From contig NMRA01000076.1 in the NCBI GenBank assembly GCA_002633005.1, positions 186,001 to 250,000 of the forward strand: a stretch of DNA of 64,000 nt, given 5' to 3'. The position numbers were made by a program, and so were the translations under genes. This document shows positions 51,630 through 64,000 of this stretch, one piece after another (the stretch's first letter is position 1; each line of letters opens with the position of its first letter). The DNA is from Phoronis australis (lineage: Eukaryota; Animalia; Phoronida). The notes beneath the pieces were generated by a model that saw nothing but the letters and a program-made list of their open reading frames with translations, searched no databases and was not told the DNA's origin.

Positions 51630-54600
51630 CTAAAACACGAAAGACAATTGGTCAAGAATAGAAAAAAATAATGTGCCATTTTCCATTGATAGTTCTTCAA
51701 GTAAGATAAAAGAAGATAGATTCATCAGTACACTGCTGTCTTGCGACAACAATGGGTTATGTGTCATACACGGAACTGTTATAGAATTTATGTTATTAAT
51801 AAGGCATATAAAAGAACATTTTGGACTACACTCCCGTTTTATCAAAGGCCTTAAGTCTAGTTGTAGCAATATATTAGAGAGTCATAGGCATGTTACTGCA
51901 AATGCAACGCTGCATTTTTAAGATGAAGAGTGGAGAATTTTTTGTAGCGAGCGCCTTCATAAGTCCTTGACTTAAGTTTAAGAGTTGTCTCAACTTCCAA
52001 GCATCTGGTAAGTTAGTCAAACTTAAGATTTCATTCCTGAAAAGTACTTGAGACAAATTCAAGTTTTATCTTAAAATTGACTGAAATTTAAGGTGTCTTA
52101 GCTTATTAAAAGTCAATTTTCTTGGAAAGGGCCCCAGAACTTAAGCAGATTACCATTATAGCAACCGGGAGGGGCCCTGACAGTAGAGAAAAGAAAACGG
52201 CAAAAAATATCGAAGACAGACCAATATTAAGAACACTTGTCTACTTCCGTGTTGGATTTACCCTTTGGGAACCCAGGCCAGGAAATTTTTGTTTAGGGTT
52301 CCAATTTTAAAGATTTTGCACACATTGAAAAACCAAAAAAAAATTGTTATGCACAGATTTTCAAAGAAAATTGATTCATATTTTTAAATTCAAGAACTCA
52401 AGACCATTTTACTGAATGCAAAGCTGTGCAGTTCTTAAGGGCACCTTCTCCAGCAAAGGTGTCACTTTTTCTGTTTTTTTAACCTGCATATCATTTGATT
52501 CAAATTTCAGATTTTGGAGTGGGCCCGTGGGGCGTCAATGGATACACTTTAATGTTTTTCTTATATCATTTTAAGGGGTCACTCACATAGGGTTCCCCAG
52601 AGCTGGATTAAATTGCCTCTCTTTTCCTTTTAGAAGTAACCTAATGACAGAATCAAATGTCAGCCATTTCCAGTTTTCCAAAAGAGGTAGCCTTTCATAT
52701 GTGAGTATTTGAGCAGGTTAAGGGTCTACCTCTCAGACGGGGCCCTCTCTTGATACTGTGTTGCCATGTGATGGGCCAATATGTCAAGGTTAGTTTTCTT
52801 TTCGTAACCTGCCAGTGTTCTGATTTATAAAGTATAAGTGGACCGTGATGCGGGCTGAAATTTCAGGAAATCTCTTTCATCCTACTCCCAACCGGTATCA
52901 CCTGAGTGACACATTTTCAATCCTGAAACTTCCGACACTGACTATGTTGTGTCTATTCATTCCGAAGTGATGCAGTTTAAACACAGCAATCTTTATTTCG
53001 TATTATGATAGATTAGAATGGCAAAAATAATTCTTAGTTCAACTTTGAGTACAGTTTGTTAATAAATCACCCTATTATCTTCATTATAATCGCTAATATT
53101 ACTAAATTGGACGAAGTACATCCTACAACAGGAAGGAACAAATGACAGTGTTTGCAACAACAAATTCCAGTAGCATGTAATGAAAATAAAATTAATAATC
53201 TTATATTTTGTCATTTTATCTAATCTCATATCACATCGTTTCTTATATTATGGTTGCAGTACAGCTGTACTATGTTAAAGTTTAGGGACTACGTAGTATC
53301 ACAGATAAAATCTGGCACCTAGGTATGCGAAAAGCCAAACCGCCCCCCCCCCTTTTAGAACCAGGTTTTCTACTCATTACATTTGTTTAGACTTTTCATA
53401 TGTTATAGACCAGCTCAAGAGTTTTCAGTTCATATATACCGATAACTATAATAGCAATTCATTTCACCAAGACTAGTTTTCCCGTACGTCTTTAAATTCC
53501 TTAGCACCCAGTGGGTTTACCCCATAAAAATCATTAGCAGTTCATGATTTGGCACCATAATCAATTCATAAAAGACAACTAAAGGCCAAAATCATACCAT
53601 ATCCGAATAAGGGTCAGTTCTAAATTATTAACCTCCCTCAAGAAGTATGGGCGCCTCCATGGGGTTTGTATCCCAAAAAGCATGTCACAACTATAGTGAG
53701 GGGGAGCAATGTAGTCTGTGATGACCAGGGGGTTGAAGGACTGAAGATAATGATGACAATATCCAATTAGTTTATGCACACCTACACTGATAATGTTCAC
53801 ATCCCCACTGGCTCCAAAAGAGGGAAAAAATTGAGAAGGGGAGGAGGGTAAAACTGGAGTTGATGGTGCAGATGGATGTAAAACGGGTGTTGGAGGCCGA
53901 GATTGAGGCTGACGAGGGAGGATCAAGTAAGACAGACCCAGATGTATTCAATATAATCGCATTGGATCCTGAGCCCACATTGAACAAGGCTGCCAAACTT
54001 CTTAATGAAGATTAGATAACGCAACTCGTTGCGATGTATCTCCGTATGTGACCTTTCTAGAGAATTATACGAAACAGCTCCTAGTTTTCCGTTTCCACTG
54101 TATTCAGATGACAACATACATTTGTCACAAGGTGACCAAACTGGGATGCATGCATTTTCAAGGCCATAATGCTATGGATAATATTTTTACGTAAAGAAAA
54201 CTCAGATGAGAATCGTTGACACACCTTGTTTCCGTCATATCTGAACACGTAAATAGTACCAAATTTTCAAATGAGAAAATTTCATTTTAAAATGAACTTT
54301 CATATAATACATGATGGGATGCAGATTCAACAGATCTCCCTATGACCTTGAAAAAATATCAAGGTTACCAAAATTGACTGGTTAATTCTTGACGCTGTTG
54401 CCCCACCTACACCTTGGTACAAACTTTGAACAAAATGATAAAAGCTCCCGTAAAAAGATGTGACAACAACCAATTTGCTCAAGTCGCGCTTTTAACCAGG
54501 CCCTGAAAATTAGACCTGGTCGTAGGTTTGACCTCCTCCTCACAGTTGCCACCTGTTTCCCGCACCCACAACCCTTGTCTGGCTCTGTGACCTCTGGTAA

Positions 54601-55173
54601 CTTGCGCGTTCTCGCTGAACGTGTAGCCAAGGCTCTCTCCTACGTCCCCTGTTCTGCACTAATGCGTGGTGGGGGAAAAAGAAAATCCATTCATCCTGAG
54701 CACAGCCCACTCAAGAGCACCCATGAATTTGATACATATTCAAGAGTCATCTTTTACCAAGGGCAATACTCACGTTTTGCCTTTCTTCTGCAGGCCCTTG
54801 CCTTTTCCCATTTTCGTTGTGGCCCTTAAGAAAACAAAAACTCAAGAGTCAGAAGTTACTCAAGCATGGCTAATTAAAAGAATTTTGATAAGAAGTTGTC
54901 GCGAATGCCTTCTTCATTTTTTGTATTCATGTATAATGAGTAAAGTAATTAGCCGAAACAGAACCATTTCATGTAATCCTTGGCTTAAACAGTGGGTATT
55001 TTCCCCACTTGAGCATGACAAGGTGCCACTGAGACTGACTGTTTATTACTCAAAGGAAATAAAGTTGCATACTTTTTGGGAACTGTTTCCTGGCATTCAC
55101 AAAGACATATACGTAGGGTCAGGGATAGGCACTTCTACGAAAGCGTTGAGTCGAGCATGATGATTAAGAGTGA

Positions 55174-55290
55174 GGCAATAGTCGGATATAATGTGCCCAT
55201 ATTTTGAGAACCAGTTTGATGCCCATTATTCAGTGGAGAAAACTGGTTCTCAAAATGCAGGCACGTTAGGCCTACATCTGACCATTACCA
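55174..55290. repeat. Small foldback / MITE
   Basis: attttgagaaccagttt and aaactggttctcaaaat form inverted arms with extended imperfect pairing. Confidence 0.65.
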
Positions 55291-57694
55291 TAAGTGACGT
55301 GGGCATCAAGCCAGACCGAATATGGTAATAAACTTAAACACAACAGGGAAAAAAAGTTCTTAATATCTCAAATTTGTCTACAAACTCGTTGTTAAAAATG
55401 TTAACTTGACAGAAAATGCTTATACTGCAAAGCAGTGAGTAAAACTTTAAGAATCGATGTAGCAAGTATTTAAAAAAAGAGAAAAAGTCAATTTCAGTGG
55501 TAAAAAATTAATCCCGCCACCCAAGGTCCTTTTACTAAAATTGCTGCTTAATAACCTAAAAAGAAATTAAAATTTACCATAGCTATATCTTAAAGGGCAG
55601 AAGATAACTTAACATCTCTTACATATTAAGAACTGTTAACTGAGACTACTTACGAATCACTCTCAGATAATTTCGTACAATCCTCGACTTTCCTTGGAAT
55701 ACGCCTAAAACGAACACAGCAGGTGTCTATTCTCAGGGAGTACCACATACACTGGATCATGAATGCACCATTGATGGCGCGTACCCAAAACGTTTTTGTA
55801 AACTTACAGGTGAGTAAATCACAAAGCAAGCAAGTAAAACTTGCCAATTTAGGACACAATATGGCAAACAAGAAGAATGTTGCTTTCTCGTTTTTTCAAA
55901 AAAACAATATCCGTAGCACCAAACCAATTCTGGAGAATAGGTTAGTCATACTGCAACACCAAACCAATGTTTTACAACTTCCAAGATCTTTACCACAGTT
56001 ATTAACGAACACAATTTTGAACAATGTTGAATGCTCTTGAAGAGAAGGACAAGAGCAATGTGAAGCCTTGATATTCACCCACAGTGCACCACAAGCAGAA
56101 TATTTCACAAGGTGCTTATCACTTTCATGTCAATGCTCTTCCTCTTGAAAGCAGTGTAAATTCTTTTTCCAATGAGATCAAAATGGCCACAAGGGGGTAC
56201 TGCAGTGGTCGAATCCGCCAGAAAATTAGTCTTTGTTTACGTATTATAGTTGAAAGCTCTGTGTCAAGTTTCACCGATTGGTTCTCAAGATATCATCCAA
56301 ATACGAATGAAAAAGACAAATCAACCCGAAAATTGACTGGTGCCAGCATGCTCCAGTCGCACACCCCTGTGGCAAGTGAAAAGTGGCGTAAACTTAGAGA
56401 TGCTCTGCACATTTGTGCCAATTTTCATTAAGATCTGACCACTGGACAGGATGACAACAATATGTTATCACATATTCATGTATCACGTGAGCGCATAAAA
56501 ATGGTCAGTTTTGCTAAATACTTAATTGGTGGGCATCTGTTTCAAAAAAGTAATTGCCAAATAGGTTTTTCATTTTCCAGGTCTTCTAACTGCTCTTAAT
56601 AACTGCCCTGCAGATTTACTTTGTGCTACATGTAACCATGATGAAAAACTTAAATTTGAAAAAGCGACTAACTTTTCATGAAAAAGGGAAACAAAATTGC
56701 ACTTGTCCTCCAATAATTGTGCCCTAATTTGATGAGATATTACAGCACAAACATAAGACAACGTAAGAGGCGAGGTGCTAGATTAGCAAGTGGTACCCTA
56801 CAGTGAATCCCTTTGACAGGTCGTGATGGGCAGTACACAGTCATGCACATTTTAAACAAGGGCACAGTGCAAGCAAAATGACCATGGGGCAAGCATTACA
56901 AACAGCATAAGGTAACTGTCCTTTCGGGATGTTACAATATTTCTACAACACTAAAACATCCGTCCCATCACACAGGTGTAACAGCAAATTCCATACGTGC
57001 TAGGCAACTGCTCAAATTAACTCAAAATCCGAAATAAGAAAAGCATGAATATTGCTTCCCCATATTCACTACTGGCACACTTGGTGGCGCTGCAAAAATG
57101 ATTGTTGTGCATTGTTGTTTAGGACACAATGACTTGTTTTAACATCAGGTTTAACACAGCAAAATTAATACAAAAGCACGTGTTCCAAAGAAGCAGAACC
57201 CTTTGAAGTTTGGATGCAACACCTCGTTTTTAAAAATGGCAAATTCGTGAAAGTAGTGAATTACCTTGGGTTTCTTGAACAAGAAGGATGGTTACACTGA
57301 AATATTGCGTCAGTCTATCTCGTCAATTTCTAAGAGAAATGCCAAGAAGTCAGTAAGAGACCGTCTCCCTGCCCCACCACACCCCACGGGCCACCCTGTC
57401 CATCAGCCTGGCTTAAATCCCACTATCAGATCACCCAGCCACTCCATGTTATTAGAAATGCAATAAGTTTCCACACAAACATTGGAGGTTACCATTGTGT
57501 ATAAGCAGTGGAATTTGAACGGAGAGCAGATTATAAACATTTGAGCTCATCTCATCTGTATATGATCAATCAATGGTATCCATTACCCATAAGTCTCTTA
57601 CAAGATGTGGCAGAAATTCTTGCCGGTCACTTTTACGTGAATCAATATCAAGTTTGTGCGACAGTGAAACAGGAATGCTTTCAAAACAACGTAC

Positions 57695-57917
57695 CGTCTG
57701 CGACATACAGCAACGGTGGCAACGATGATGACCACGAGGATAATAAAAACAAGAACGCCGACACCAGCGCTGACACCAATCAACATGGCCGAGATGGTGG
57801 CGTCTGCTGCGTCTCTCTTAAACACACATTCGTAGTAGGCGAGGTGATCAATACACTGGTGATAGCTGGGACATGGATTAGAAGCGCACTCGTCGACTTC
57901 TAGATGGCAGTTTATAC
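57695..57917 (-). CDS. Membrane protein exon: EGF-Ca-like domain plus transmembrane helix
   Basis: INCHLEVDECASNPCPSYHQCIDHLAYYEC...LIGVSAGVGVLVFIILVVIIVATVAVCRRR. Confidence 0.88.
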
Positions 57918-58992
57918 CTACAATGGGGACAACATAAACTTTGTTTAAAAACGGAATTGGTAAAAATCAAGTTCAAAAACAGTTCTGTAAAAAACTTGGA
58001 ACAGAATTTTTTACCCATAATCTTTGAATTCAATTTCCTGCAACCATTTTATAATTTATTTTTTTTGAATTTTGTTCATATAGCTGCCCGTGAATCATTC
58101 TTCCTAGTATCCAGCCACGTGAGTGACAATGGCTGGATATATCTGTAAAATGACCGTTGGAGTCGCAGTGGCTAGTACAGCGCCATAAAAATTCAAAAGA
58201 CGTAACTTCTGTGAAGATACATCAAAACGTCTGTGCTCACAACAATCGCGTAACAGTGATACATCAGAATAAGTGCGAGTGAATTATCAATTTTTTTCAA
58301 TGTTAGTGGCCACGTAAACACACAGGATTTGTACATTGAGACAGCAGCTGCACTTTTGATGATAATTTTGATGACTGACTTCATCAGTGAACAACTCCAG
58401 TGGTGAACAAGTCAACTTTGAGAGTGTCAAATACATTCCATGAGTGCTTTCAGCTGGCACTTTGCTTTTTTTCTGGTCTGACTACATAAAGTATTCCAAA
58501 TTCATAATTTAAAAAGAACTTATGTTGAGCAGTAGAGGGCGGTTGTAACCAACAACACTAACCAATCACAAAAGAGAAAGTCATTCCTGGTACCCGTGGG
58601 TAATGCAGATGTACATCTATCACAGGTACCAGTCTTCGTGTTAAAAAATTACCACTTTTTCATACTCGATCAGTTGCGATTCTTAATCCAGCACTTACTC
58701 GTATAATCATCATCTGGCTAGTAATCATGACTTAAAGCAATTTCTTACCGTTGTGTGGGTGGTGTGATTTTTTTAAAAGTTCATTTTTACTGCTGTCCAT
58801 CAAGTAGCTTTTGCTTAATGAGACCAACAATATTTAAATATGTCTGCTAAAACGCCCGATACAATATTCTTATCAAAATAATGACGGACTGTACATAAAG
58901 TATTCAATAATTTCAAATATCTTTAATTGTATACTTTATACATCTACAGTAGAGTATATATCAGTAGTAGCTCTTCGTGAACACAAACTTCG

Positions 58993-59378
58993 TTGAAAAC
59001 ATGACTGAACTTTTTGTTTGAAAGCTTGATACTGAATCGCTAGTAGTGTTGAAACAATCTCATTTCTTCAGGTGTGCAGCTATATAGCAAAATACAAAGA
59101 GACATAAATACAAAGAGACATAACAAACATGATTTTTATAAAAAAGGTACATAAATACAAAGAGACATAACAAACATGATTTTTATAAAAAAAGATACAT
59201 AAATACAAAGAGACATAACAAACATGATTTTTATAAAAAAAACAAAAGGAGTATAAAACAAAGAGAAAAGTTACATGTTTTGCTATACAGCTGCACACCT
59301 GAAGACAGGAGATTGTTTTGCCATTACAAGCAATTCAGTATCAAGCTTTCAAACAAAAAGTGTAGCGGTGTTTTCATG
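58993..59378. repeat. Foldback: ~100-bp inverted arms around a ~51-bp tandem repeat
   Basis: tttgtttgaaagcttgatactgaat...ttcaggtgtgcagctatatagcaaaa has its reverse complement at 59278-59378. The interior holds about 3 copies of acataaatacaaagagacataacaaacatgatttttataaaa. Confidence 0.85.
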
Positions 59379-59913
59379 CATGTAGGTGTCAAACGTAACA
59401 TATTGATTATACATATTAATTCTTAAACCATTTTGTTAACCATTTTTTAAATATTTTCTTTCTTATCAGTACTCTAGGGGGGACCAGCTGTATAACTGAA
59501 TAGGTTTAATCCTGATCAATAAGCATATCTCCCAACATTGCTAACTTTCAGCATTTTGTAATTTTTCACCAAATTCATTGACAAACTATACGAAACGAAA
59601 GTGTACACCTTCAAACGTGGAAACTTCTACATTTGAAAAGTATACCATGAATGAGGTGAAAATATTTTGTTAAAATAATTTCCAGGTGAAAGTTCTCACA
59701 AAACCTTATCTTCAAAGTTCCTGCAGCCCGGGGCCCACAGACAAAAAACAGGCAATTACCGAAGTGTGCCACCCAAAGGTGAAACAAATACTGGGTATCA
59801 CTGTTAACAATGAGTGATAAAAAGGGGTTCAGGTCATAACTTCCAAGTTGGTCACCCAGACAAATCTAAACTGAGCCATATCAAAAGAATGTCCAAATAT
59901 TAAGTTATCTTAC

Positions 59914-61074
59914 CAGTGTAGCCTAGTTCACAAGCACATGAGTAGCCGTTGTCATGGAAACCATAAGCACGTCCCTTAGTTGTACAGTTGGGATCCCCAG
60001 TCTCGGATGGACAGTAGTCTTTTACACAGGTGGCGTTGTGATCCTTACAGTTGCCGGGGTCACAGAGTGGGGCACAATTACCAGGGTCACATGGGTAGCA
60101 TTCCACCTCCTCGCACGGTTCGGTGCAGTTGCCACGGACACAGTCAGTGCAGTTGCCAGCGTAACAGCCATCACACGTTCCCAAAGTGCAGTTGTGGCAG
60201 CCAAGGACAGTGCAGTTGGCTGGGCAACTGGCGTTCAAGCTGGCGTTGAAACAAGGCGCACATTCTGGTAATACTGTGCAGTTTGTATGGCAAGTTCCTG
60301 GACTGCAGCCAGTGCAATTACCAAAGTCACAGTTGGCAGAACAGTTACCCTTGATACAGAACTCCTCTGAGCAGTTGCCACGGATACAGCCTGTGCAGTT
60401 ACCCGGGTAACAGCTATCACATGTACCCAGTGTACAGTTGTTGCAGCCAATAGAGGAACAGTTTGCAGGACAGCTGCCGTTTAAGCTACTGTTGTAGCAT
60501 GGCGCACACTCTGGCCAGACTGTACAGTTAGAATGGCAGGTTCGTGGCATGCAACCTGTGCAGTTACCAAAGTCACAGTCCGCAGAACAGTTACCCTTGA
60601 TACACGACTCCTTGGGGGGCTCCGGCGCTTCAGTACAGTTACCACGGATACAGTCAGTGCAGTTGCCGGGATGACAAGCATCACACGTTCCAAGTGTACA
60701 GTTGTTGCAGCCAAGCAGGGTGCAGTTGGATGGACACGTACCATTCAAGCTAGCATTGAAACACAAAGCGCACTCTGGCAGAATGGTGCAATTAACATGG
60801 CAAGTTCTTGGAGAACATCCTGTACAGTTGCCAAAGTCACAGTCTTTGGAACAGTTTCCTTGAATGCAGGCCACAGACAACCCCAGTTTCTTGGGACATT
60901 TCTTGGGAGTACACGGAATACTACAGTTACCTGGGTTACAGGGGGTGGAACAGTTGCCAGGGTTACAAGGAAGGCTACAATTGCCTTTGATGCAAGGAGG
61001 TTTGTACATTGGCGGTCCAGAGCAGTTGCCATGGACACAGGGGTTGCCACGGACATAAAGATTCAGATAAATGC
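59914..61074 (-). CDS. Membrane protein exon: Cys-rich GNC repeats within an EGF-like module
   Basis: Lies within ORF 59900-61159; TACAG/GTAAGA boundaries, phase 1 to 1; ends GYSCACELGYTG. Confidence 0.88.
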
Positions 61075-62110
61075 CTGTAATAAAACAAATTTTTGTAACG
61101 AAAAAGCAAAAATTGGAAACAAGGTTAAATAGGGCTCTGTAGCTACTGAGCCTCGTCAATATATTCAGTTATGTTAACTTTACTAGGCAATTTGTGTTTG
61201 TTGCAGATTTCATAACTGTGTTTGGGTTTTGTTCATTCTACACAGAAACTCTCAGATGCAGTTTTCGTCCACTTTCTCAGCGAAGGTGACTAGCAGTTAG
61301 TAGTACTTCTTGTTCCTAGAGCTACTGTTGGAGCTACCTTACACATACACATGTATCCACTTTGATTAGATTAGCTGTTACATCTTGTAGCCTTTATATA
61401 TTCTCACTACATAGTGTAGAATTCATACTCAGTTATGCTCAATGTACCTCTAGCACTCTATAATAAACTGGTCAGGACAAATCTACCACGTTGTATCTCA
61501 GTGCGCCTACACAGCCAGATTCACACCCACAATACTGATTCTTCATCAAACAAAAAAATTCATCATAGTATAATGAAGTTTTATTCAATTTGTCATCCCC
61601 AATTTAAATCATATGATTAGTTTATTCATTAGCCATTGCTTAACCATTAATCTTTGCAAAATTCAGCTTTGCATGTATTTGCGTTTTTTAACTCCAAAAA
61701 AGAAAATTTGGTAAAATTTATCATCTGTTTCATGGTGCAACACTGAGAGATTAAAAAATACACCTTAATTATGTTTATTTTGGCAAAATTTCGTGAAATG
61801 TTGATGTGATAACCTGGGTTGCATTCCGTGGATGCAAGAATTTTTTGTGACTTAAGCTAGCACGCGCTTTGTTTGTAATGCATGGTGACATCTTGTGAAG
61901 ACTTGTGTGATCCCACTTAACTTTAGTTAGAAACAAGTTCTACAGAAGTTTGTCCTGATTTATAGTAAAATCAGTTCCATGAACCTAGTGGTAATACAAT
62001 ATAAGTTACAGAGCAGGAAAGAGCAGTAACTTTAAACACAAAATTTGAACCAAGTGTTAATAATAATTACTGGGCTGGAAAGAGCAACAATTTTAAACAA
62101 TTATACAAAC

Positions 62111-62414
62111 CTCCTGAATGGACCCCATCTTGATCCGTGGCAATAACTCCCATTGTCAGGTTACCATAGTAATTTTCAGGGAAAGTGGCCTTGATCTCAA
62201 CTGCATACCACGTGGTTACATAAGACATGGTGAAGGGGACCTTTATGTGTTTCTTAATACTCTCAAACTCCTTCACTTCCCTCGTCTCTAGCTTGAACTG
62301 CGTCTCATTCAGACCAGTCTCGTCAATCTGTATTGTGAAGATATTGTTGGCATCCACGTCGTAAACGAGCACTTTACCGAAAGTGACGCTTGTGATCTCA
62401 TTATCGACTACGAC
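62111..62414 (-). CDS. Membrane protein exon: cadherin-like beta domain; gene continues beyond the window end
   Basis: VVVDNEITSVTFGKVLVYDVDANNIFTI...YYGNLTMGVIATDQDG, with cadherin-like DxD and ATD motifs; phase 0 to 1. Confidence 0.75.
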
Positions 62415-62944
62415 CTGAAACAAGGATATATTAGTGGCAATTAGCCAAAATATGCAATAAACTACTGGCAGTTAAAAATTGCCTTAAGTTTGCTCGTCAT
62501 CACCTCAGGACGTGTTTCATGATAGTGACTTAAAGTTTAAATCTTAAATTTGGTCTTGTGCTCAAACTTCACAACTATTGAAACAAGAGCAACGCCGAGC
62601 GTTGAAATGCGCCCACAATTGCACCGTATACGGTATCCTTCTAGGGTTGTTTATTGGTACCATAAAGTGGCCAGTTGAGGGCATATATGTAGTATGTTGT
62701 ACTTTGCAAAATGGAAAGGCATGATCATTGTCTCCTCAATAGGCTAGGGGCAAAATGTGAGTGATCTTCATAATACAAGCACATCCTATACATCAGTTGC
62801 TTAAAGCACCACAGAAACATAGAATTAAAAACAAATTTACCAACATACGAGATTAGCACAGCATTAGAATGCCAGAAACAAATTTCTACTTGGAACTTTT
62901 CCTTCATAGTCACGAAGTAACACAAAGTATTCACCTGCAAGACC

Positions 62945-64000
62945 TATGAAAATACAGAGGTCAATGTAAAATTACTGAAATTGCCACTTGAGGCATACCG
63001 GTAGTCAGAATCATCCTAAAGTCGTCATCGTCCATTGTCAACATCACATAAATACACTTGCTAAATTTAGTAAAGATCCTGCAAACGGTTTGAGAGATAC
63101 AGCCATGGGCGCAAAAAAAACTGCCACTAGGAGGCGCCACAGTAGTCAAATTCATGGGAAATTCAGCGTCAACCGTCCTCTTCATAGTAAGAACATACAT
63201 GCCAATTTTCACAATCATACTTAGAGCGGTTTGGTTGACAGAAAGGTGGACGCCAAAAAACAGATTAAAAAACAGTAAAAATGGCCACTGGGTGTCGCAA
63301 AGTAGGTCGAATCCATCCGAAAGCGGGAGGATAGCGTCATCGCACTAATAGGTGCCTACATACCAAATTTCATGAAAATCCGTTAAGGACTTGTGAAGAT
63401 ACAGAGGTAAACGCAAAAAAATAAAATTGCCACTAGGGGGCACACTGGTTGCCGAATCCGTCCAAAAGTTGTCATCCTCTCTTTTTGACATCATATAAAT
63501 ATACTTATTAAATTTCGTAAAGATCCTGCAAACGGTTTAGGAGATACAGCCATAGGCGCAAAAAAACAAAACTGCCACTAGGAGGCGCCACAGTAGTCCA
63601 AATCGTCTGAAAATCATTGTCAGCTGTCTTCTTTATAGTAAGCACATACATGCCAATTTTCACAATCATCCTTTGAGCGGTTTGGTTGATAGAGGGTTGG
63701 ACGCAAAAATACAGACTCAAAAACAGTAGAAATGGCCACTAGGTGGCGCAAACTATGTCGAATCCATCTGAAAACCGGAGGATAGCGTCATCTCACTAAT
63801 AGGTGCCTACACACCAAATTTCATGAAAATCCGTTCAGGACTTTTGAAGATACAAAGGTAAGCGTAAAAAACTAAAATTGCCACTAGGGGGCACACCGTT
63901 AGTCGGATCCATCCGAAAGTTCGCACATGCCGTCCCATTCATGAATGGAACATATGTGCCAAATTTCATGAACGTATGTCAAAGGCTTTTGGAGATAAAG
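62945..64000. repeat. ~450-bp tandem repeat (at least 2.3 units), possibly the interior of a non-autonomous Helitron/Helentron-like element starting near 62582
   Basis: Unit starts gaa(g)atacagaggt..aaattgccact at about 62949, 63395 and 63846, with recurring ccaaatttcatgaaaatccgtt. AACAAGAG at 62582 resembles the starts of such elements (recalled). Confidence 0.8.

Overview
Eukaryotic, AT-rich, intron-rich DNA, most likely from a marine invertebrate (inferred from gene and transposon content, not proven), with one assembly gap (N-run 25634-26610). Three minus-strand genes can be assembled by hand with consistent GT-AG splice phases. (1) A KDM4/JMJD2 histone demethylase: 12 coding exons from the ATG at 13567 down to 459, continuing off the left edge, with a 2.8-kb low-complexity/polyQ exon between JmjC and PHD. 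(2) A complete 5-exon, 300-aa secreted, probably GPI-anchored protein resembling coral skeletal aspartic-acid-rich proteins (SAARP) but Lys-rich instead of Asp-rich (42136-34483). (3) The 3' part of a single-pass membrane protein (62414-51104) with a cadherin-like exon, an unusual 18-Cys N-glycosylation-dense repeat, an EGF-Ca domain and a TM helix. Between the genes lie a 5'-truncated Ngaro/DIRS-type tyrosine-recombinase retrotransposon with a B-A-B-A-B repeat tail, a three-layer nest (Kolobok inside a TIR element inside a decayed THAP transposase), a decayed L1/Tx1 LINE, Penelope-like hammerhead-type remnants, small foldbacks, and a ~450-bp tandem repeat rich in CTCF-like motifs. No rRNA, convincing tRNA, CRISPR array or prokaryotic system was seen. 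All family assignments come from recalled motifs; no database searches were run.
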